Origin: an uncultured cyanobacterium
GTDB taxonomy: Bacteria > Cyanobacteriota > Cyanobacteriia > PCC-6307 > Cyanobiaceae
Assembly: GCA_963697335.1 (NCBI GenBank)
Contig: CAVONQ010000011.1
Coordinates: forward strand, 58,855-122,854
Direction: 5' to 3'
DNA: 64,000 bases
The notes beneath the pieces were generated by a model that had not been told where the DNA came from, did not search any database, and saw only the letters and a program-made list of their open reading frames with translations. The position numbers and the translations under genes were made by a program. Below, piece by piece: positions 49,686-59,257 of this stretch; position 1 is the stretch's first letter; each line of letters starts with the position of its first letter.

Positions 49686-52676
49686 CTAACCGGGCACATG
49701 GCAGCTGGAGGTCGCCTGGGTGGGCAGGCCCAGCCGCTCCAGAGCCTGGCGCATCAGCACCAGTCCCCTGGAGCGGCTCCAGGTGTTCAGGGCATAGCGG
49801 TGGGATGCCGCGCTCAGCTGCTGCCACTGGTCGTCGTCGCCGCAGAGCTGCAGCACGGCCTGCAGCCATTCCTCGGGGCTTTGGGCGATCAGGATCTCCT
49901 GGCCGTGACGCAGCCCCGTGGCTTCCGCGGCCAGGGGGCTCAGCACCTGGGGGATGCCGTGGGCGGCGGCGGCGGCCACCTTGCCCTTGAGACCGGCGCC
50001 GCTGCGCAGGGGCGCGATGAACACCCTGTGACAGTTGTAGACACTGGCCAGGTCGGCCACCCACCCCTCCACCATCACGCCGGGGATCTGGCGCCAGGTC
50101 TCGCCGAGATCCGGCGGCAGGCCACTGCCGTAGAGATGCAGCCGCAGATCAGGGCGCTGCTCGTGGATGCGTCCCCAGGTGTCCTCCAGGAAGCCGGCCA
50201 CCGCCTCCCGGTTGGGGGTATGGCCGTAGCTGCCCAAAAAGGCCAGCCCGCTGCGCTCCTCCAGGGGAGCCGGCGCGTCTGGTGCCTCCACCACCCAGGG
50301 GCAGGCCGCGGTGGAGGCTGCACCGAAGCTCTGCACCTCGATCACGGCACGTTCCACTTCGGAGTAGCTGAAGGTGAGATGGACGCGGTTCATCACCTCG
50401 ATCTCCTGGCGCTGCACCTCGCGCACATGGGCCAGGGCCCGCTCGGCGGGCTCTCCACTCAGCCCAGCGGCGCGCAACGCTCTGAGTTCGCGTAGGTGGT
50501 GGAGGTCGGCGTTGCAGAACAGCAGCTTGGCCTGGGGGGCATAGCGCTCGATCAGGGGCAGGGCCGTGGTGGCGATGGCGTAGCGGGTGATGTAGATGAG
50601 TTCAAACTCGCTGCCCCGCTCGCGCAGGAATTGCTCCAGTGAGAGTACGAAAGGTGCATGGATCAGTTCGATGCCAAGGCGCTGTAGATCATCGCTATAG
50701 CTCCCCAGCCAGGCAAGGTTGGCAGGCAGGAAGGTGATCTTCCAGCCCAGACTCTGCACCAGGTCCATCTCAACCAGCGCGGCGTGGCTGCCGGCATCGC
50801 GGTCGGCCCGGGGTGTGTCGTGGTCAAGGAACAGGGCCCTGCCGATGATGCCGCGGTCCTTGATCAGTTCCGCTTCCCTCAGGTTGGGCTCCTGGGGACC
50901 ATCGAAGGCTGCGGCCCACTTCTGCCGAAACAGCGGCTCATTGATCACCTGATAGCGCTTGAGCCCTTCGGCGGCCTTGGTGTCGGCGCCGTTGCTGATG
51001 CCCTCGTGGTGGATCACCCGCGCCAGGGGGGCATAGCGCACCGATCGTCCTTCCGCCCTCACCTTGAAGGCCAGGTCGGTGTCTTCGTAGTAGGCCGGGG
51101 AGAACTCCGGTGAGAAGCCCTTGACGTCGATCCACAACTGGCGGGGAATGGCCAGGGCGGCTCCGGAGACGTAGTCGACTTCGCGTCCGTAGCGGTAGCG
51201 CGGATTGGCTGGATTGCCGTTGCGGCCATAATTCCAGGGCTCTCCATTGCCCCACACGATGCCGCCGGCCTCTTGGAGGCGCCCCTCAGCAGTGACCAGC
51301 TGAGCGCCCACCATGCCGGTGCCGGGCCAGTGATCGAAGGGCCAGAGCAGCTCATCGAGCCACCAGGCGCAGGGCTCGGTGTCGTTGTTGAGCAGCACCA
51401 CGTAGGTGCCCCGGGCGATCGCCGCCCCACTGCAGCACGACTGGTTGAAGCCCCTCGCGTAGTCGTGCCGCACCACCCGCACGCCCGGAGCCTCCTGGGC
51501 CAGCGCCTCTGAGGAGCCGTCGGTCGAGCCGTCATCCACCACGATCACCTCGAAGGGCACGCGGGTGGGTGCGTAGGCCAGGGCGGCGAGGCAGCGCCGG
51601 GTGATGGCGTAATGGTTGTGCACCGGGATCACGATCGAGGCCAGGGGGGCCTCACTCAGGGGCAACACCAGCGGCACCCGAGCCACTGGGGCGCCATCGG
51701 GCCCGGGCTCATGGCCCTGGGGCAGGGCCTGGGGACCCGCGGCGCCATCGCGCCGCAGGGGATGGCTCACCAGTCGTTGCCAGAGCGGCAGTTGCGAGGG
51801 CAGGGCGATCCCCTCCCGATCGGCGCGATCCAGCCAGCCCAGCAGGCACGCCTGCCGTTCCACGGCGAGGGGGGAGAGGTGGTCGGGAAAGAGCGGACGG
51901 CTGTGTTCCAACAACACGGGCCAGGGGGTGAGCTGGAAGGGGAAGAGATCGAGCCCCTCGTCGATCAATTCGCCTTCGAGGCTCTCCAGCCGCAGATGGT
52001 GCACATGGCCATCGCAGAGCTCGCTGGGGAGCTCGATCTGGAACGGCCACTCGCCCCGGGGTAGGGGGTCGGGCCGGGAAATGCCCACGGCTGGGCCTCC
52101 GTCGAAGCGCAGCTGGAGCTCCTGGGGGCCGCTGGCCCAGCCCCGCACCGTGGGACCCTCCAGCCCGGAGATGCGGGCCGGTCGGCCCAACCCCAGCAGG
52201 CAGAGCTCCTTCAGGCGGGCGTAGGCCTGGGCATCGAGCCGCAGGGGACTGCCCGGCAGTTCGTGGCTCTGCTCGGCATCGAAGAAGGCCCGCAGCACCA
52301 GCCCCGAGCTGAACGGAGGCAAATGCACGCCGGAGTGGCCTAGGAAGAGAAAGCCGCAGGCGGCCTCCACGCCGCTCGACTGGAGGTCGACCCGGGGGCG
52401 CTGGGCCAACATCTCAGCTAGCAGCCAGCAGCGCGAGCCGTCACCGTTGAGGAGGTCCTCCAGGGTTAGCCGCACCAGCAGGGGGGCGCTGGGGGAGACG
52501 GGGTCCAGGGGCCACACCGTGGCCCAGCCGGCCAAGCCCCCGGCTTCCTGGAAGCCCTCCAGCCGGCCCTGGTAGGGACCGCGCCTCAGGCACTGCAGCT
52601 CTGGCTCGACAGGGTCGGCCAGGCTGCGGGCAGCGATTTCAGGGGCGGAAGTTTCCAGAGCCTGCTCAGCGGCCAT
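49686..52676 (-). CDS. Multidomain glycosyltransferase (GT2 plus GT4-like)
   Basis: SIVIPVHNH, VIVVDDGSTD, VLLNNDTE, VDYVSGAAL, PAYYEDTDL, DRDAGS, FLGSYGHTPN, APLRSGAGLKGKV; start uncertain. Confidence 0.92.
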   Translation of the reverse strand: MAAEQALETSAPEIAARSLADPVEPELQCLRRGPYQGRLEGFQEAGGLAGWATVWPLDPVSPSAPLLVRLTLEDLLNGDGSRCWLLAEMLAQRPRVDLQSSGVEAACGFLFLGHSGVHLPPFSSGLVLRAFFDAEQSHELPGSPLRLDAQAYARLKELCLLGLGRPARISGLEGPTVRGWASGPQELQLRFDGGPAVGISRPDPLPRGEWPFQIELPSELCDGHVHHLRLESLEGELIDEGLDLFPFQLTPWPVLLEHSRPLFPDHLSPLAVERQACLLGWLDRADREGIALPSQLPLWQRLVSHPLRRDGAAGPQALPQGHEPGPDGAPVARVPLVLPLSEAPLASIVIPVHNHYAITRRCLAALAYAPTRVPFEVIVVDDGSTDGSSEALAQEAPGVRVVRHDYARGFNQSCCSGAAIARGTYVVLLNNDTEPCAWWLDELLWPFDHWPGTGMVGAQLVTAEGRLQEAGGIVWGNGEPWNYGRNGNPANPRYRYGREVDYVSGAALAIPRQLWIDVKGFSPEFSPAYYEDTDLAFKVRAEGRSVRYAPLARVIHHEGISNGADTKAAEGLKRYQVINEPLFRQKWAAAFDGPQEPNLREAELIKDRGIIGRALFLDHDTPRADRDAGSHAALVEMDLVQSLGWKITFLPANLAWLGSYSDDLQRLGIELIHAPFVLSLEQFLRERGSEFELIYITRYAIATTALPLIERYAPQAKLLFCNADLHHLRELRALRAAGLSGEPAERALAHVREVQRQEIEVMNRVHLTFSYSEVERAVIEVQSFGAASTAACPWVVEAPDAPAPLEERSGLAFLGSYGHTPNREAVAGFLEDTWGRIHEQRPDLRLHLYGSGLPPDLGETWRQIPGVMVEGWVADLASVYNCHRVFIAPLRSGAGLKGKVAAAAAHGIPQVLSPLAAEATGLRHGQEILIAQSPEEWLQAVLQLCGDDDQWQQLSAASHRYALNTWSRSRGLVLMRQALERLGLPTQATSSCHVPG

Positions 52677-52783
52677 CGGCGGGCTGGTTGAAGGCTGAAC
52701 TGACCCTAAGGCCGCCAGGGTCATAATCAAGGCAGCGTTTCTCCCAGCTGCTGGCATCCTCACTCCCTGCCGAACAGCCCCAG

Positions 52784-54781
52784 TTGGCTGGGGTCTGGCT
52801 GTCCCTGGAGCAATTGCGGGGGCTGTCGCTGCCCCAGGCCGAACGCCTGCGGCTGCAGCGACAGCTCCTGGCGATGCCCCAGCCCAGGCGCAGCGCCCAG
52901 GAACTGCTGATGGAAACAGCTCAGCTCACCTTCCTCTGCTGTGACGACTCCTTGACTGCTGGCGCCTGGGATGAGGCTCTTCAGCACCACGACGAGCTGC
53001 TGGGGCTACTCGCGCCGCTGATCGCCTTCCACCCCGAGAGGGCCCCAGCCGTGTGGGCCACCTACGGCAATCTGCTCGGCCAGCTAGCGACCGCCGCCCA
53101 CAAGTTGATCGTGGAGGCTGGCGACCAGGGGCTGAAGCCCAGGCGGAGGGTGGAACTCAGCGCCCGCCTGGTGCCCGTGCTGAGCCAGGGTCTGCAGCGC
53201 CCGTTTGAGGTTCCGGACTGGCTGCCGGTGCTGGAGGAGCAGATCGTGCATGTGGGAGCCCTGGCGGCGGACAGGCTTCTTCAGAGCGAGACCTCAGTCC
53301 AGGCCAGGCGGGAACTGGCCCCCATGGCTGTTGACCTGGCCCTGCGGCTGGCCGAGCTGCTGGATCCCACACCGGACTGGGCGACCGCGCTTTGCACCGG
53401 GCCCCTGGACGATGCGGCTGCGTCGGTGCTGGCCTCCGATCCCTTCGATGGCGCCGCGGCCCTGAGGCTGATCGGATGGATGGAGCGGCTCCCCTTGGAT
53501 CCTGCCGATCCTGAGGCCTTCCATGCTGCGCTGGTGCGGGCGCGCCTGGCACTGGAACTGTCGGCACCCGAACTGGCTGCCCCTGCCACCACCCCTGGGG
53601 ACGACCAGGTCCGCAGACCTGACGAGGACTCGTCAACACCACCTGCTGTCGCTGCATCGGACCGCCCGCAGGCCGACTACCCGAATGCAGACACGCTGCA
53701 GGCAGTCACGGTGTGGGCCGAGCTGGTCTTTCTGCCCCCTGGTGTGGCCGCCGAACCGGGCCAGCTGGATCTCAGCACTCTGTTCGCCGAAGGCGCGGAG
53801 CCCTCGCTGGAGGCCATCGATGATGCCCTCGATGACTTCTGCTGGTATCTCCCCAAAGGAGCCCGGGCCCGTCAGGCCCTCCCCAGTCTGATGGCCAGCC
53901 TCGAGCCCCAGTGGACCTCAGGCCACCACCTCCCCCAGGCGTCCTGCGGCAAGCTCGCCTACGCGGTCTCTAACTGGCAGCGGCGCCTGGAGGAGAAGCT
54001 GGAGCCCCTGCCCACCCTCGACTGGCATCACGGCCTGTTGGTGGAGCTGCAGAGCACCGAGATGGCGGTGCTGGCCCCCCTCCTGGCCGATGTCCACGGT
54101 CTGGAGCCCGTTCTGGCCAAGTTGCGACGGCTGCACCACGACACCGACTTCTGGAGCAGGGGCCAGGAGGTGCCCTGGATGGAGATTCCGGCGCCGCTGG
54201 AGGCCCTGCGCCGGCTCCACTGCGAGGACGGCTTCTACGCTGCCGCCCACGACCCAATCAGCGGCCTGCGTCAATGGGGTGAGGCGGCTGTGGCAGCCCT
54301 GCTCGACAGCGACCTCTGGACCAACGACGCAGCCGGCCTGAGCCACTGGCTGGTGCTGGCCCAGGAGCTTCTGGCCCATGGCCACGGCCCCCTGCCGCCC
54401 CTGGGTTGCCCCCCCGAACCCAACCAGATTTTGCAGGAGCTGGCAGGGCTGGAAGTGGTGTACGTGGGAGAACAGGCCGAGCAGGTGCAGGCCGCCCATC
54501 GTGCCGGCTTGCTGTTCCAGGGCGCTCCCTTTGGCCTGAGGTGCCTGCCAGGGCCAAACAGCCGTTACCCGCGCCGGCCAGCTGGGGGCTTTGCCGAATC
54601 CCTGGCCGTCTTGGTGGAAGCGGTGGAGCAGTTGCACCATCAGCGTCCCTTCGCGGTTCTCCTGGCCGACTGCGGTGCCTATCGGCTGCCCCTGATGCAG
54701 CTGGTGCACCAGCGATACGGGGCAGCCTGCCTCAGCAGTGGTCTGCCCATGGCGGACTGGCTCAACCCAGCTTCAGGTTGA
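52784..54781 (+). CDS. Hypothetical protein, helical N-terminus, glycan-island-type C-terminal domain
   Basis: 665-aa ORF divergent from the GT; the C-terminal FAVLLADCGAYRLPL loosely resembles GT-D-like tails. Confidence 0.65.
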   Translation: MAGVWLSLEQLRGLSLPQAERLRLQRQLLAMPQPRRSAQELLMETAQLTFLCCDDSLTAGAWDEALQHHDELLGLLAPLIAFHPERAPAVWATYGNLLGQLATAAHKLIVEAGDQGLKPRRRVELSARLVPVLSQGLQRPFEVPDWLPVLEEQIVHVGALAADRLLQSETSVQARRELAPMAVDLALRLAELLDPTPDWATALCTGPLDDAAASVLASDPFDGAAALRLIGWMERLPLDPADPEAFHAALVRARLALELSAPELAAPATTPGDDQVRRPDEDSSTPPAVAASDRPQADYPNADTLQAVTVWAELVFLPPGVAAEPGQLDLSTLFAEGAEPSLEAIDDALDDFCWYLPKGARARQALPSLMASLEPQWTSGHHLPQASCGKLAYAVSNWQRRLEEKLEPLPTLDWHHGLLVELQSTEMAVLAPLLADVHGLEPVLAKLRRLHHDTDFWSRGQEVPWMEIPAPLEALRRLHCEDGFYAAAHDPISGLRQWGEAAVAALLDSDLWTNDAAGLSHWLVLAQELLAHGHGPLPPLGCPPEPNQILQELAGLEVVYVGEQAEQVQAAHRAGLLFQGAPFGLRCLPGPNSRYPRRPAGGFAESLAVLVEAVEQLHHQRPFAVLLADCGAYRLPLMQLVHQRYGAACLSSGLPMADWLNPASG

Positions 54782-56909
54782 GCTTGACCAGGCCCTGTGG
54801 TTTCTCCGAGCGCTGGATCTGCACTTGCAAAAGCCAGCCGTGGTGCTCAGGCCCAGGGGCGAAGTCGAGGCGGAGGGCGCTGCCCAGCAGTTCCAGACTG
54901 GGGCCCGGTTCAGCGCGCTGGCCATCGGGCCAGAGCCAGTGCTTCAGGAGCAGCCGGTGGCTGCCGGTCACGCTGAGATCCACCCCCTTGGCGTCCGGCT
55001 CCAGCCATAGGTAAAGGGGATACCCCTCAAGCATGGTGTAGCTCCCAGGGCCCAGACGGTGGCGCTGGTCGAGCATGGCCTGGAGGGTGGTCTCTGGAAA
55101 ATCCGGATCGCTGATGCGCCGATGCAGCGACAGGCCGAAATCCGGGTGGGGAATGCCGCAGAAGCCCGGATCTCCGCGCAGGAAGATCTGCTGGGCCGCC
55201 TCCAGGCTGAGGCTCTGATCCTGCACCAGGGCGTCGAGGCGCTGCACCACCGGATGGCCTGGCTTGCCCCGCATCGACTGGGCCATGTAGAAGGCCATCT
55301 TGGCGGCCTGGCCCCGGGGCGTACGGCAGGCGGTGAGGTGGTAGCTGTGCCCCAGGGGCTCCGGATCCACCCACTGCTCATTGGTGGGGTTTTGCTTCAC
55401 CCCCACCAGCCAGCAGTAATCCAGATGGCGTTCGGCGCTGATGGCCCGGCGTTTGAACACGAGACGCTTGTGGGGTAGCCCCTCCAGCTGCTGGGTGGCG
55501 TGGTGGGGATCGCTGCCGTAGAGGCCCCCCGCGTAGAGGTTCTGGAGACGCCTGGAGGCCACGTTGTAGGCCGAGGCCCAGAAGGTCTGAAGCCGCTGGC
55601 GATCGAGCTGGAAAAATTCGTCGCTGTCGTGTAGCACCACCAGATCTTCCACCACCGCCTCATAGGCGTCGATGCGTTTCTGGGCCTCATCGCGCCATAC
55701 CCCGTAGCGGTACACAACCCTGGGGTCACTCAGCAGGCGCTGGCCCAGGGGGCTCTGGTCCAGCCGCTCGTGCTGGTCTGGGAAAATCGCCAAGCGGTGT
55801 AGAAAGGCGTAAGGACCATCCCAGATGTAGATGCGGTCGTAGTGCTTGAGGCCCCCTGACTGCACCTGCCAGGCGAGGGTGTCGATGTCGTTGTAGTAGT
55901 TGATCAGGCAGGCAATGCTGGCGTTGCTGGTGGATGCTGGCTTCGTCTCAGCAGCTGAAGACCTCTGATCCTGCTCCAGGAGTCTCAGGCACTGGCGCGC
56001 CAGCTTGAGCTTGCCGTGGTGCCTGTTGTCGTCAGCGATCCAGGGGTGGTCCCGGTAGTAGGTCATGGAGGCCTGGAGCTGGTCGTCCAGCGTCAAGCGG
56101 CTCCCCTGACGCTGGCCCCAGCTGGAAGCCCAGGCTTCCAACTCCAGGGCCTCGATCACCCAGGGGTGCAGAGGAATCGAGAGGGCTCCGAGGTGCTCCA
56201 CGGGATCAGGAACCAGTGCCTGGGGCCTGAGGGTCGGGGCAAGGGCGGCGAACAACCTCTCCAGCACCTGCTGCAATGAGGCCTGGGTGGGGTGGTTGAT
56301 GGTGTGAAACAGGGGCTGGCGTCGGTGCTGGGCGTCGATCCAGTCGCTCAGGGCCAGGTCGCAATCTTCTTCGCGGCTTTTCAGTTCCTCAAGGGACTCC
56401 CGATGCAGGCGCTGCAGGAGCTTGCTGAGGACCGCGCCGCCGCTGACCGTGAGCAGCCGGCTGGCCGGCAGCCCGGCGGCGGCCGTCGCCATGGCCAGGA
56501 AGTCGTGGTAATCCCCAAGGGGGGATGCGTCCCTGATGGCGGCCAGCCTGCCCTGGGGGTCGTGGGCGTAGGCGGTCCAGGGATGGTGGCCTTCGTAGTG
56601 GAGGCTGGGCAGCACCAGGCAGCGGGCTCCAGGTGGCAGCAGGGAGCGCAGCTTGGGGCTGTCGAGGCCGATGTTATCGCGGTAGCCAGGCTGCACCCGG
56701 TGCATCACCAGCAGGTCCGCCGTGGCCAAGCGCTGGTGCAGGCGAGCCACGTCTTCGGCGGTGGCCAGGTGCACCGAGGGGCAGAAGTGGATCTGGGCCC
56801 TGGGCAGGGCTCGCTCCAGCCCCAGCATCAGCGGATGGGCCTGGCAGTTGCCAACCACAACCAGCCGCATTTCGGTGACAGGCGGGGTGAGCGTGGAGGA
56901 GAGGGTCAA
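54762..56909 (-). CDS. WcbI-family polysaccharide protein fused to a GT-A-like domain
   Basis: LVVVGNCQA, LPSLHYEGHHP, DYHD, LFHTINHPT (WcbI); C-terminal IWDGPY, VLHDSDEFF. Confidence 0.75.
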   Translation of the reverse strand: MTLSSTLTPPVTEMRLVVVGNCQAHPLMLGLERALPRAQIHFCPSVHLATAEDVARLHQRLATADLLVMHRVQPGYRDNIGLDSPKLRSLLPPGARCLVLPSLHYEGHHPWTAYAHDPQGRLAAIRDASPLGDYHDFLAMATAAAGLPASRLLTVSGGAVLSKLLQRLHRESLEELKSREEDCDLALSDWIDAQHRRQPLFHTINHPTQASLQQVLERLFAALAPTLRPQALVPDPVEHLGALSIPLHPWVIEALELEAWASSWGQRQGSRLTLDDQLQASMTYYRDHPWIADDNRHHGKLKLARQCLRLLEQDQRSSAAETKPASTSNASIACLINYYNDIDTLAWQVQSGGLKHYDRIYIWDGPYAFLHRLAIFPDQHERLDQSPLGQRLLSDPRVVYRYGVWRDEAQKRIDAYEAVVEDLVVLHDSDEFFQLDRQRLQTFWASAYNVASRRLQNLYAGGLYGSDPHHATQQLEGLPHKRLVFKRRAISAERHLDYCWLVGVKQNPTNEQWVDPEPLGHSYHLTACRTPRGQAAKMAFYMAQSMRGKPGHPVVQRLDALVQDQSLSLEAAQQIFLRGDPGFCGIPHPDFGLSLHRRISDPDFPETTLQAMLDQRHRLGPGSYTMLEGYPLYLWLEPDAKGVDLSVTGSHRLLLKHWLWPDGQRAEPGPSLELLGSALRLDFAPGPEHHGWLLQVQIQRSEKPQGLVKLNLKLG

Positions 56910-56919
56910 GGGCGTGGAC

Positions 56920-57925
56920 TCAGGTGGGTTGATGGTTCCTGTCGGGGTTGGCCTGTCGCTGCAGCAGGGCGCGGATCCGGGGGATCAGTTCCGGCTTGAG
57001 GCTGGCCGAAGCGCGGCTATGGGCCAGGAAATGCAGCAGTTCCGCCTCGTACTGGCGCTCGCGCTCGAGGGCCAGCTCCGCCTGCTCCTCCTTGCGGCTG
57101 AGGTCTTCCAGATAGACGGCCTGGCCCTCCAGCATCTTCTGGGCGGTGGCCAGCAGCGATTCGGTTTCGCGAGTGCGCTTCTGGGAGCGCTCCTGCTCGG
57201 CCTTGAGGGCCTTGAAGCGGTTGTTGAGATCAGCGATCTTGCGGTCGCGCTCGGCCAGCTTGCTGTCCCGGTCGCCCAGCTCCTTCTTGTGTTGCACCAG
57301 GCTGGCCTCCTGCCTGGATTTCAGGGTTTCGAGCTCCGCCCGCCGCGCCTCGAGGTTGGTCTCGTTGGCGCGGGCCCGTTGGGCCCACTGGTCCCGTTCG
57401 GCCTTCACGGTCTTGAGGCTGGTGCTCAGCTCGGCGAGGGCGTTGTCCCGTTCCGTCAGGGTGGCGTCGCGCTGGGCCAGTTGCTTGGCGTGCTCGGCCT
57501 TCAGGGCTTTCTGGGCCTCTTCGCCAGAGCTCGCCTTGGAGGTCCATTGGTCCCGTTCGCTGTGCAGGGCATCCCGGGCCGTTGCCAGATCGGCCAGACT
57601 CCTGGCCTGCTTGGCCAAGGCCTGATCCCGCTCGCTCAGGGTTCGGCGCAGATCGTCCTGGTACTGGTGTTGGCTCTCGAGCTCCTCCTGCACCTGCTGC
57701 AGCTGCAGCCGCAACAGTTCCACTTCCTCCTGCCACTGAGAGTCCTGGGCACCCTGGGAGGCCAGCTGGTCGCGCTCCGCCAGCGCGGCGGTGCGTTCGG
57801 CAAGGCTCAAGGCAAGCTCTGCGTTGCGGTGGTGCTGGCTTTCCAGCTCGTCGCGCAATCTGGTTCAGCTGCAGAGCCAGAAGTTCAGCCTCCTCCAGGG
57901 CGGCCCTCAGCGCTTCGTCGCTCAA
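56920..57925 (-). CDS. Long coiled-coil protein (apparent 1-nt frameshift near 57859)
   Basis: Heptad repeats LAERDQ, LSERDQ, LTERDN, LAERDR; the N-terminal EEAELLALQLNQ motif lies in a different frame. Confidence 0.75.
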
Positions 57926-59213
57926 GAGGCAATCCCTCGCTGGGGCGAATGTAGCCGCCCAGGATCCAGCTCCCATAGCTGCTGCCCAGCACCTGCTGGC
58001 CGTAGGGGCTGAAGGATGGGGCCAAGACGGCCCGCTCCACGCTCTGCTCCAGGGCCTGCAGCCAGTGGCTGGCGGTGGGCTCTTCAGCGACGGGGCTCTG
58101 CCAGCGGATGCCGAGGCTGCTGGCCTCCCGGGCCAGCCAGCCGCTGGGATAGCCCACGGCCGTGGCCCGTTTCTGAACGCGCAGCCGGGCGGCGCCGTAG
58201 CACCACAGCACTCCCGAGGAGCGCTCCGCGTAGTCTTCTGGGGAATAAGGCAGCAGGGCCGCGGCAGTGTCGGCGAAGGCGGCCTGCATGGCGGCGCTGT
58301 CCACGGGGCCATGCCAATAGCGGAAGCCCTCAAGCTGGTGGATGGCCCGGTTGATCAGCGCCTCCTCCTGAGATTCCAGGCTCTCGCGGCTATTGCAGTG
58401 AAACAGCCAGCGCCATGGAGGGGTGCTGACACCGCCGGCGAGCAGCGACTCGATCAGATCGAACACCTCCTGGCGACCCTTGCCGACCTTCAGATCGCCC
58501 CAGTGCAGCAGCACCTGGGGCGCCGCTGGGCCCAGCGCCGCCTCAAAGGGCACTCCAGCTCCCACCACAGCCGGTTGGCAGGCAGCTTCCGGCAGCCCCG
58601 CGGCGGCGAGCAGGGGCTGGTGCAGCTCGGCCTGCAGCCGGGAGGCGCAGCCCAGCCGCAGGCTGTGGCCGCCCTGGCCCACAGCCCGGGCCAGGGCGCT
58701 CCAGGCCACTCTGGTGTTGGCAATGGCCAGGGAGCGTTCCGCCTCCACCCCGGGGCTCACGGCGGTGGGCTCGCTGGAGCCCCCCAGCCGTTCACCAGGG
58801 GCATAGAGGATGCCGATTTCCACCCGGGCGGGGGGCTGGCGCTGTAGCAGTTTGGCCAGGCCGATCAACTGGAACGGCAGCAGGCTGTGGGCGATCCAGA
58901 GCTGTACCGCCGGCCCGTCGGCTGCGGCTGCCTCCATCTGGTTGGCCAGGCGGCTGGCCAGGTGAAGGCTCCCCGGCAGATCGAGCCAGTGGCGGGGATC
59001 CACGTAGCCACAGCCCTGTAACAGCGGCCGCAGGCTGGGATCGCTGCTCATGAGCTCACGGTCTACCCAGCACTCCACCGCAAGGTCGGCCTGCTCCAGA
59101 TGGCGCATCAGCTGCCGGTTCACCTCGGCGTGGTGGCCGCTGGCATGGGCGTAGCCGGGATCAACGATCACCACGCGCTGGGGCACCAGACTCTTTGGCG
59201 AAACTGGCTCCAT
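57885..59213 (-). CDS. GT-B fold glycosyltransferase-like protein
   Basis: VVIVDPGYAHASGHHAEVN, HWGDLKVGKG, ALLPYSPEDYAERSSGVL. Confidence 0.7.
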   Translation of the reverse strand: MEPVSPKSLVPQRVVIVDPGYAHASGHHAEVNRQLMRHLEQADLAVECWVDRELMSSDPSLRPLLQGCGYVDPRHWLDLPGSLHLASRLANQMEAAAADGPAVQLWIAHSLLPFQLIGLAKLLQRQPPARVEIGILYAPGERLGGSSEPTAVSPGVEAERSLAIANTRVAWSALARAVGQGGHSLRLGCASRLQAELHQPLLAAAGLPEAACQPAVVGAGVPFEAALGPAAPQVLLHWGDLKVGKGRQEVFDLIESLLAGGVSTPPWRWLFHCNSRESLESQEEALINRAIHQLEGFRYWHGPVDSAAMQAAFADTAAALLPYSPEDYAERSSGVLWCYGAARLRVQKRATAVGYPSGWLAREASSLGIRWQSPVAEEPTASHWLQALEQSVERAVLAPSFSPYGQQVLGSSYGSWILGGYIRPSEGLPLERRSAEGRPGGG

Positions 59214-59257
59214 GATGGGCCTGGGGCCGGTTGGTTCACCCTCCCCCACGTGCTGTG

